A stretch of 57,026 nt of DNA from Gammaproteobacteria bacterium (GTDB taxonomy: Bacteria; Pseudomonadota; Gammaproteobacteria; GCA-001735895), in NCBI GenBank assembly GCA_050298595.1, contig JBNKUM010000001.1, positions 1 to 57,026 of the forward strand, read 5' to 3'. Shown here in pieces: positions 40,943-49,095 of the stretch (the first letter of the stretch is position 1; each line of letters starts with the position of its first letter). A model generated the notes under the pieces. The model was given only the letters and a program-made list of their open reading frames with translations, ran no database searches and was not told where the DNA came from. The position numbers were made by a program, and so were the translations under genes.

Positions 40943-41905
40943 TCAGCGCCAGATGCCCGTAAAAAACCGATGCCTGGGACGCACCGGGAGTATGTGCGAA
41001 TAGGGGTGAAAGGCTGAATGGAAGTGAGGGGCGTAGGCATGGCCTGTTCTAAAGCTATTTTGATGAAGAGACTGTAGGCGTTCTACCCGCTCATGGGTGT
41101 CAGGATGGGTTCGTAATGTTGAAGGCTGGTATTCGCGATAACCCGGTGACAGCATACGTCGCAAGGGGTTGATATTTTGTTGATCGATTTTGGTCAGTGC
41201 CTGTGCCAGAGATATCGGGTCTTCGGTGATTCTGGCGGCATCCAGGTCTGCATTGAACTCTCTCACCCGTGATAATCCCAGTTGCAGTAATGCACTGATC
41301 GCAGGAGTGATAATCAACAGCAGTAAACCCACTAGTGAAATTTTAATTGCGCCAGTTACTACCCAGGGTAATGCAATCAGGGTGCTCAGTACTCCAACTA
41401 GCGCAAGAAAGTGGCTCAGGCGGGTAAATATATCGGCCAGCATGAGTAAGCGCAGGTCATTATTTCTGATATGACTGATCTCATGCGCCAGCACTCCTGC
41501 TAGTTCGCGCGGAGTGAGCAAGTTGAGTAAGCCGTGGGTAATAGCAATCGCTGAATTTTGGTCTGAACCTACTGCGAAGGCATTCAGAGTTTGACTGGGT
41601 ATCCAGTAAATTTCCGGTTGGTGTTTAAGACCTGCGCGATCACTCAGATCGTTTACCAGCATGAAAAGTGGTGGCGATTGTCGGGGGGCAATCGGGCGAG
41701 CCTGATACAGTTTAAGAATCCAGTAGGGTGAGATTTTTGGCAGGCTAAGGATCACTGTCAGCAGAGTGAGGAATATCCATGGCCACAGCTCCGGGCCAAG
41801 TATCAAACGGCTGATCCAGGCCAGCAACAGTGACATGCTGATCAGCAGAAAAAAAGTCTGCAACCTGTTTCTAAATTTATGCTTCGCTCGGAGTCGGTAA
41901 TCCAT
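40943..41905 (-). CDS. htpX: M48 zinc metalloprotease HtpX-like
   Basis: NAFAVG, HEISH zinc motif, SRVREFNAD and THP..ER motifs, plus TM helices. Confidence 0.88.
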   Translation of the reverse strand: MDYRLRAKHKFRNRLQTFFLLISMSLLLAWISRLILGPELWPWIFLTLLTVILSLPKISPYWILKLYQARPIAPRQSPPLFMLVNDLSDRAGLKHQPEIYWIPSQTLNAFAVGSDQNSAIAITHGLLNLLTPRELAGVLAHEISHIRNNDLRLLMLADIFTRLSHFLALVGVLSTLIALPWVVTGAIKISLVGLLLLIITPAISALLQLGLSRVREFNADLDAARITEDPISLAQALTKIDQQNINPLRRMLSPGYREYQPSTLRTHPDTHERVERLQSLHQNSFRTGHAYAPHFHSAFHPYSHILPVRPRHRFFTGIWR

Positions 41906-42275
41906 AACTAAAACTTAATACTCTAAAATTTGTTTTCAAGTTTATACCAGCTGACCGGTATAAAAATAGTTATAAAAAAATTGATCTCAACCGAGAGATT
42001 TGAAATTTATAATTTTTTTTAGAATTACTGAGAACTTGTAATTTTTTTTTCGGTCTTTAAATTAGCTTTTCCTGCGGCCATCTTCGCACAGATATTTTCT
42101 TTATTTATCCAGCGAAGAATTCCCGCTTCAGGACTTGTTTTACGAAAACCTGACGCAGCATAGCCGACAGACTTTTTCCTGAATCTTAAACTGATTGGCT
42201 TTTCCCTGGCCGCGCTCAGCTTTCGTTCAAGTGTTAATAATTTGTTAATAAAAAAATCTCAGTCAGGAGAAAACG

Positions 42276-43214
42276 ATGATTGAAATTAGGAATCTGTTTC
42301 GTGCTTACGATGAGTTTATGGCTGTACAGGATGTTAGCTTTTCTATCAACAAGGGGGAGATTGTCGGCCTTCTTGGACACAACGGTGCCGGTAAAACTAC
42401 CATTATGAAAATGATTAGTGGTTATCTGGAGCCGAGCTCGGGAAACATCACTATTGATGAGCTGGACATTATTAATCAGCGCGAGCAGATACAGCAACGA
42501 CTAGGTTATCTGCCCGAAGTGTTGCCGGTCTACCCTGAAATGAATGTAGCCGATTATCTGGATTATGTCGCCAGATTAAAAGGCATGGACAGTCAGCTGG
42601 CTATGCAGGAAGTTCGCCGTGTAGTTCATGCCACTGATCTGGGCAATAAACTGATCGCACCGATTTCAACCCTGTCGCGAGGATACCGTCAAAGAGTGGG
42701 CGTGGCGCAGGCGATACTGGGAAAGCCAAGCTTACTCATTCTGGATGAGCCCACCAACGGGCTGGACCCAACACAAACCCGACAGATGCGCGAGCTTATT
42801 CGTGATATCTCAAAACAGGCTACGGTTATTTTATCGACGCACATCATGCAGGAGGTGGATGCACTTTGCGATCGGGTATTGATCATGCGTAGTGGTGAAC
42901 TGGCTCTGGATGCAACGCTTAATGAATTACGTAAAAGCAATCGTCTTTGCTTAAGTAGCGATATAGATGAGTCCTCTATGAGTAGTGTTTTAAAACCAGT
43001 TCAGGGTATACAGAACATTCAGCAAGTAGATGATTATTATCAAATCACGATCAATGAACAGGCTGACTTCAAACAACTGAGTAATCAGATCGCCAATCAG
43101 TTAATCAAAAATAATTACTCGTTGTATGAATTAAAACGCGAACAACGCGATCTGGAAAGCGTGTTCCGAGAAGTTAATGATCAGGTTACTGAGGAGGTGC
43201 GTGATGCTGCCTGA
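42276..43214 (+). CDS. ABC transporter ATP-binding protein (GldA-like)
   Basis: GHNGAGKTT, LSRGYRQRVG and LDEPTNGLDP motifs. Confidence 0.93.
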   Translation: MIEIRNLFRAYDEFMAVQDVSFSINKGEIVGLLGHNGAGKTTIMKMISGYLEPSSGNITIDELDIINQREQIQQRLGYLPEVLPVYPEMNVADYLDYVARLKGMDSQLAMQEVRRVVHATDLGNKLIAPISTLSRGYRQRVGVAQAILGKPSLLILDEPTNGLDPTQTRQMRELIRDISKQATVILSTHIMQEVDALCDRVLIMRSGELALDATLNELRKSNRLCLSSDIDESSMSSVLKPVQGIQNIQQVDDYYQITINEQADFKQLSNQIANQLIKNNYSLYELKREQRDLESVFREVNDQVTEEVRDAA

Positions 43215-46098
43215 TGCTGCTATTCGTCGAATTTCAATCAAGGAACTGACACTATTTTTTAACTCACCTGTTGCCTATCTGTTTTTGGCAAGTTTTGCAG
43301 CGGTGACACTATTTGTTTTCTTCTGGGGTGAAACTTTTTTTGCACGAAATATTGCTGATATACGCCCACTGTTTGAGTGGATGCCTTTGTTACTGATCTT
43401 CCTTACCAGCGCATTGACCATGCGTATGTGGAGTGAAGAACGTCATAGCGGGACACTGGAGTATATTTTAACGCAACCACTTCCCATCTGGCGTTTCGTG
43501 TTAGGCAAGTTTTTTGCCTGCTTTAGCCTGTTGTTCATCGCTATCCTGATCACCCTGCCCATTCCTGTTACAGTATCCATGATCTCTGATCTCGACTGGG
43601 GGCCTGTGTGGAGTGGTTACCTGGCAACCTTGTTGTTGGGTGCAGCTTATCTATCGGTCGGCTTATTCGTTTCAGCGCGTAGCGATAACCAGATTGTCAG
43701 TTTGATCAGTGCCACTGCTTTATGTGGATTGCTGTATCTGATTGGCTCACCCATGATTACCGATATCCTGTCTAATCAGATGGCCGAAGGGTTGCGTCTA
43801 CTGGGCACTGGTTCGCGCTTTGCTGATATCACGCGTGGGGTTATCGATGTGAGTGATTTTGTTTATTACCTGAGCCTGATAGCCATCTTCCTGACCTTGA
43901 ATACCTTCAGCCTGGAACGCGAGCGCTGGGCAAAAACCGGTAACAAACAGCATCATACAAAATGGTATGTAGGCAGTGGTCTGCTAGTAGCCAATGCCAT
44001 CGCAATCAACCTGTGGATGGGGCAGGTCGATGTGTTACGTATTGATACCACACAGGGCAAGATTTATTCGATCTCTGATGCCACTAAAAACTATCTTGCG
44101 CAGTTACAGGAACCCTTGCTGATCCGTGGTTATTTCAGCTCAAAAACCCATCCTTTATTGTCTCCGCTGGTGCCACAGTTACGTGACCTGATTGATGAAT
44201 ATCAGGTGGCGGGTAAAGGTCAAGTCAGAGTTGAGTTTGTCGATCCACAGAGCTCACCCGAAGTAGAGCAGGAAGCCAATCAGAAATATGGAATCCAGCC
44301 TGTTCCATTTCAGGTATCAGACCGCTATCAGGCATCGGTAGTTAATTCCTACTTCAATGTGTTGATTCAATATGGCGACCAACATCAGGTGCTGGGTTTT
44401 CGCGATCTAATAGAGGTTAAACAAAAAGGTGAAACTGATCTCGATGTGTTATTACGCAACCCCGAATACGACATTACCCGAGCAATAAAAAAGGTCATGC
44501 TGGCTTATCAATCGGGCGGTAATCTGTTTGATACCGTGAAGGGCAATATTGATTTTACTGCCTATGTCTCTGCTGATGCACGTTTACCTGAAAAGTTAAG
44601 CGAGTTTAAACAGGCATTACAGAAAAAACTCGAACAGAAACAGCAGCAGTCCAATGGGCGACTACAGGTTAAATTTGTAGAGCCGGAAGCTAAAAATGGT
44701 GCGGTGGCTAAACAGATTGCGGACGATTATGGTTTTAAACCCATGGTTGCCAGCTTGTTTGATAACAAACCGTTTTATTTTTATCTAACACTAAGCAATG
44801 GTGATCAGATTGTGCAACTGCCCACCGCTAAGTTTAGCGCGGATGAATTTGATCAGGCGCTGGATGCTGGCATCAAACGATTTGCCAGTGGCTTTACCCG
44901 AACTGTGGCGCTGGTGGCTCCGAAAGTTGATTACCAGGCTATGCAAATGGGACTATCCAGCCAGCAGTTCAATCAATTACAAAAGGTTCTGTCAGCTGAT
45001 CTGAGTATTAAAAACGAAGATCTTAGTGATGGCAGTGTCGATAGCGCTGCGGATATTCTGCTGTTGATGGCACCCAAAGATCTGGATGAAAAAGAACTGT
45101 TCGCGGTCGATCAATTCCTGATGCGAGGCGGTAGTGTGGTGGCAGCAACTTCCCCCTTTAGCGTAGATCTCGGGCGTAATCGATTGAGTATGAAACAACA
45201 AACCAGTGGTCTGGAAGACTGGTTAAAGCATAACGGCTTGAAAATAGAGCCAGAGTTGGTGCTTGATAACCAGAATAGTGCTTTTCCTGTTCCCGTAACA
45301 CGACAGGTTGGCGGTTTGCGTTTTCAGGAAATACGTATGATCGATTATCCCTATTTTGTGGATATACGGGGTAAGGGCCTGAATCAGAAAAGTCCAATTA
45401 CCGGCGATCTCAATCAACTGAGTATGGCCTGGAGTTCACCCATTACGGTAGATGAAAAGCTAAATGCCAATCGTCAGGTTACCGAGCTACTACATAGTTC
45501 GGATCAATCCTGGCGCTCCAGTTCAACTGATGTCATGCCCGAGATAGACAGCCGGGGGCGCAGCTCTATACATGCGACATCTGAGCTTGGTAGTGAACTA
45601 CTGGCGGTAGTCTCGCAGGGGCGTTTTGATTCATATTTCGCAGGTAAGAAATCACCCTTGATAGGGCAGACAGCACAGCCTGACGACAAAGCTAAAGCGG
45701 ATACGGCTGAAGCTAAGAAAGAGGATCAACAGTCCAGCATAGACAGTGTGATTGAGCACTCGGCTGATTCGGCGAGAATTATCCTTTTTGCTTCTAATGA
45801 TTTTGTCAGTGATCAAGTTGTACAGCTTTCTGCGTCGGCTAACGGTAGTCAGTATCTGGGTGGATTACAGTTAGTGCAAAATACGCTGGACTGGGCGACG
45901 GAAGAAAGCGGGTTGCTATCCATTCGTTCACGTGGGCACTTTAATCGTACTCTGCCCCCAATGCCTGAAGGAGAACAGTTGTTCTGGGAAGTAAGCAATT
46001 ATGTGTTAACCATCGTGTTATTGATACTGCTGGCAGTTGTGCAGAAGTTTAGACAGCGTCGCCGTAGCTATCAATATATTAAAAATCTAATGGTTTAG
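43204..46098 (+). CDS. Fused ABC permease (GldF-like) and GldG/GIFT-type auxiliary domain protein
   Basis: KELTLFFNSPVAY and TMRMWSEERHSGTLE (GldF-like); RIDTTQGKIYSIS, EYDITRAI and DQFLMRGG (GldG-like). ATG 43204 follows GAGGAGG. Confidence 0.85.
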   Translation: MLPDAAIRRISIKELTLFFNSPVAYLFLASFAAVTLFVFFWGETFFARNIADIRPLFEWMPLLLIFLTSALTMRMWSEERHSGTLEYILTQPLPIWRFVLGKFFACFSLLFIAILITLPIPVTVSMISDLDWGPVWSGYLATLLLGAAYLSVGLFVSARSDNQIVSLISATALCGLLYLIGSPMITDILSNQMAEGLRLLGTGSRFADITRGVIDVSDFVYYLSLIAIFLTLNTFSLERERWAKTGNKQHHTKWYVGSGLLVANAIAINLWMGQVDVLRIDTTQGKIYSISDATKNYLAQLQEPLLIRGYFSSKTHPLLSPLVPQLRDLIDEYQVAGKGQVRVEFVDPQSSPEVEQEANQKYGIQPVPFQVSDRYQASVVNSYFNVLIQYGDQHQVLGFRDLIEVKQKGETDLDVLLRNPEYDITRAIKKVMLAYQSGGNLFDTVKGNIDFTAYVSADARLPEKLSEFKQALQKKLEQKQQQSNGRLQVKFVEPEAKNGAVAKQIADDYGFKPMVASLFDNKPFYFYLTLSNGDQIVQLPTAKFSADEFDQALDAGIKRFASGFTRTVALVAPKVDYQAMQMGLSSQQFNQLQKVLSADLSIKNEDLSDGSVDSAADILLLMAPKDLDEKELFAVDQFLMRGGSVVAATSPFSVDLGRNRLSMKQQTSGLEDWLKHNGLKIEPELVLDNQNSAFPVPVTRQVGGLRFQEIRMIDYPYFVDIRGKGLNQKSPITGDLNQLSMAWSSPITVDEKLNANRQVTELLHSSDQSWRSSSTDVMPEIDSRGRSSIHATSELGSELLAVVSQGRFDSYFAGKKSPLIGQTAQPDDKAKADTAEAKKEDQQSSIDSVIEHSADSARIILFASNDFVSDQVVQLSASANGSQYLGGLQLVQNTLDWATEESGLLSIRSRGHFNRTLPPMPEGEQLFWEVSNYVLTIVLLILLAVVQKFRQRRRSYQYIKNLMV

Positions 46099-46112
46099 AG
46101 GAGAACAGAGCT

Positions 46113-47006
46113 ATGAAGACACGTTTCAATACGGCCTTGTTTATTTTGCTGATACTGCAAATCGGTGTTGCTGTGAGTATGCATCATGCAAGCAGATCAG
46201 ATGTGAACGAGCAATTTAATCAGCCTATTATGGATATCAGGGCATCCAGTGTAGAGCGTATCAGTCTGGATGATGGTAATGGCCAGGCCTGTGTACTGAG
46301 CAGGGTAAATAATCAATGGCAACTGGATAACTATCATCAACTGCCTGCAGACCAGAATAAAGTAAAGTCGGTGTTAGACAAACTGGAAAAAGATAAAAGT
46401 GGCTGGCCGGTAGCGACTACAGAATCGAGCCGTTTACGCTTTAAGGTAGCTGATAACGATTATCGCAAAAAACTGGTGTTGACAAGCGGCTCCGGAGATA
46501 AGGCATTATACCTGGGTGTTTCTCCTGGTTTTCGGCAGCTAAATGTGCGAAGACAGGATGAGGAACAAGTGTATTCGGTTAAGTTGAATGACTATGATTT
46601 CCCTCTAAAGGATGTGGACTGGATGGACAGGACTCTCTTACAACCCAAAGCTGATATCAGTTCGATCAGGGCGGCTGACTTTTCGCTAAGCAAGCAACAG
46701 GGAAAGTGGACGCTGGCGAATAGTGAGAAACCTGTAGACAGAAAACAGGTGGATAAAATCACCAGTACATTGTCTCACTTAAGGGTACAGAGTGCAGAAG
46801 ACAAGACTGCTGAAGGAGACATTTATCAAATCGAACTGAGAGCGAATGATAAAGATTATCGGTATAAGCTGTTCAAGCTTGAAGACAATTACTACATCAG
46901 CAGGGATGATTATGACGTGGTGTTTAAGATTAGTCAGTCAGACTATGAAAGTTTAACCGTAGCAAATGTGGCGCAATTGCAGGAGAAGGAGAAGACGCAG
47001 GGATAG
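46113..47006 (+). CDS. DUF4340-domain protein
   Basis: N-terminal TM helix and two repeated L…QW.L…PAD..KV..L..L units; typical position after GldA/FG-like genes. Confidence 0.75.
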   Translation: MKTRFNTALFILLILQIGVAVSMHHASRSDVNEQFNQPIMDIRASSVERISLDDGNGQACVLSRVNNQWQLDNYHQLPADQNKVKSVLDKLEKDKSGWPVATTESSRLRFKVADNDYRKKLVLTSGSGDKALYLGVSPGFRQLNVRRQDEEQVYSVKLNDYDFPLKDVDWMDRTLLQPKADISSIRAADFSLSKQQGKWTLANSEKPVDRKQVDKITSTLSHLRVQSAEDKTAEGDIYQIELRANDKDYRYKLFKLEDNYYISRDDYDVVFKISQSDYESLTVANVAQLQEKEKTQG

Positions 47007-47063
47007 AAAGAAACCTGGATAGTGGATTTCCGTAAATCAAATACATATGTATACGCAGTTCAA

Positions 47064-47605
47064 CCTGGAATCTGCAGTTGGACGAGTTGTAGTGCGTTTG
47101 AGGTGGTGTAGATTAAGGCGTGACGACGCGGAATAGCGAGCAATACCAGGGAGTTACAAGGCTTCCGCGTCCTGCTCACGCCCCTTACCTATGTCCCTAT
47201 AGGCAAGGCTTCCGCGTCCTGCTCACGCCCCTTACCTATGTCCCTATAGGCGACGCAGGGATACACCGCCTCAAACGTGCCATTCAGTTCGTAGCAGGAT
47301 TCACCTATTGAGTTTTCAGCATGGATGCTGTTATTTCGCGAATGCATGGACGCCTACATGGGCGCAGGTAGTATGAGCTCAGGGGTGAGTGAAGGTACTA
47401 GGCTATGGATGGTCGAAGGTAGAACAATGCAGGACGCCTAAAGGGATTTAGGTGATAGAGCGGAAGCACGACTCAAGGTAGGGGACGTAGGGCGAAGCAG
47501 GATGCCAGAGCCGATGCATATGAGCGTGAAAATACAAACTGACTATGATCGTTAACGAAACAGAGGGTTACCCACTAATACGAGCGGTCAACTGCGGAAT
47601 CCAGG
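47064..47605. mobile_element. Composite non-autonomous element (MITE), 542 bp, with 5-bp target-site duplication TTCAA
   Basis: Imperfect TIRs CCTGGAATCTGCAGTTG / CAACTGCGGAATCCAGG, with TTCAA at 47059-47063 and 47606-47610. No transposase inside. Confidence 0.75.
47157..47250. repeat. Perfect 47-bp tandem duplication
   Basis: CAAGGCTTCCGCGTCCTGCTCACGCCCCTTACCTATGTCCCTATAGG at 47157-47203 and 47204-47250. Confidence 0.95.
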
Positions 47606-47921
47606 TTCAAACTCATCTGGATTATTAGTGCGTATAAAGCTAAATTTGACAGTAATATCCACATAAAATTCTAGATTTACCCATAGGCACTTCTGATCTG
47701 TAAGTGCCCTAAGTATACTCATCAAGAGGAGCTAATTGAGTACTCCGGTATTTTTCATAATATTTTCTAAGTTCTAATCTGTGGTAGGTAGGGATGCAAT
47801 AAACAGGTATGTGCCCAGACTATTTTAAAAACCCCGACTGGGAGTATAAAAGTCATTCAAACTGACAGGTTAAACAATGACTGGATACATTGAAGGATTG
47901 TTACGCAGCAAAATCCCATCC

Positions 47922-48815
47922 AAAAGCTGTTGAATATTTCACAAAAAATTGTGACTGCATGTCTTTATTGATTAAATAAAAAAGCAGAGATTGATGGTGT
48001 TTAGAGGTCATTTGTTACGTTGTTTTAGTAAAACAATTTAAATGGGGGCTGAGTTAATGTGTTGTATACAATGCACTGTTTAAAGATTTTTGTCTTACGA
48101 AATTGTCATGCTCTGTCTGTCATAATTACGCGCGGTTTTACCTGCTTTAAGAAACCCTGATCTACCGATAAGTTACAGCCTGGCTTCGATCTTTGATCAT
48201 AGAGCTCAGGCTGAATCCGTTTCAAAAAACAGTCATTACCCGATCTAATTTTTAAGCTTACCCACATTAAAAGATTCTCTCATGATTTATAAAAAAAGTC
48301 ACAATATTGTTTTTCACTATTATGTATTACGGGATGTTTTTATGAATAATGCATTGATATATCAAATATCAAGTATTTGATTTGCGCGCTCTTCATGAAA
48401 GTCTTCCTGCGCTGTGTTTTGAGTTATAGCGCGTTTTTACAGGCTTAATAAAGAGTCTCAGGCATAGTTCTGATTAATATAGTTGAATCTGTATATTTTA
48501 AAAGGGGGCTGAGTAAATCGCGCACTAAAAAAACATGGATTCGAGTTGCCATTGGTGATGAATTGATGGGCTTAAAAGAACCCGGGCAAATAACTAGTGA
48601 GCAGGGTTTGATGAATTAATTTTAAAAGGGGGCATGGAGGGTAGGGCGGTGTCTTCATAAAGTATTTTTTGATAACGCTAAATTACGATCAAATTAATCA
48701 AACTTGAATAAAGTAGGTAGGGTGTATAGGATTCAAGGTAAGTTTCATTGGGAAACTTTTGAAATAAGACAAATAAGGGCTCTTCAAAAATCAGATGATT
48801 TAGAATCCTGAACGT
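47922..48815 (+). repeat. Long non-coding leader, copy A (paralogous to 53946-54817)
   Basis: Collinear shared blocks, e.g. AAAAGCTGTTGAAT, AAAGCAGAGATTGATGG, GGGGGCTGAGTTAATGTG, GCTTCGATCTTTGA, TCAAGTATTTGATT, CGTTTTTACAGGCTTAA, TAGGGTGTATA and AATCCTGAACGT. Confidence 0.88.
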
Positions 48816-49000
48816 GCTTTAGGGGCCTTTAACAATAGATATATTGTTCTGGGAGATCAACGTCAACTTCAGAGAGGATTACTAAAAGTAGATCAGATGA
48901 AGAGCGATGGGGGCGTTATTGAAGGTAATGTGTGGCATTTCCGTACAAAGTAACCGCAGGGTGAAAGCTTTAGTTACTTCCGTTACATTTTCATCAACTA

Positions 49001-49035
49001 GATGGGGTACGGGGTTAGTTGACTCTGACCCCATC
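49001..49035. repeat. REP-like GGGGTCAGAGT-type palindrome
   Basis: GATGGGGT-ACGGGGTTAGTTGACTCTG-ACCCCATC hairpin. Confidence 0.55.
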
Positions 49036-49095
49036 AGGTTTTGATGACCCTCTACATCAGGGTGCGGAATGTCAGATATTTGATGTGGTACACAA

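Noticed and set aside
41915-41940. Sigma-32 promoter for htpX (CTTGAAAA on the - strand)
   Set aside because: No CCCCAT-like -10 element at the proper spacing, and it is too close to the start codon.
42120-42175. Possible c-di-GMP-I riboswitch (GAAA…GACGCA)
   Set aside because: Lacks the GGCAAAC entry, the GNRA-capped P2 geometry and the GCAAAGC junction; only a generic hairpin is supported.
13001-45689. Many 60-170-aa alternative-frame or antisense ORFs nested in nifJ, hyn, pom, cco and ABC genes
   Set aside because: Shadow ORFs of well-supported genes, with no recognisable motifs.
47157-47250. 47-bp direct repeat as a CRISPR array
   Set aside because: Only two directly abutting copies, with no spacer and no cas genes in the window.
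47120-47311. 63-aa ORF
   Set aside because: Lies wholly inside the MITE and simply translates the tandem repeat; no recognisable domain.
47922-48815. Duplicated leader as a decayed transposase gene
   Set aside because: Spot translation showed no HUH or DDE motifs, and single-base indels between the copies argue against coding. Not fully excluded without tBLASTx.
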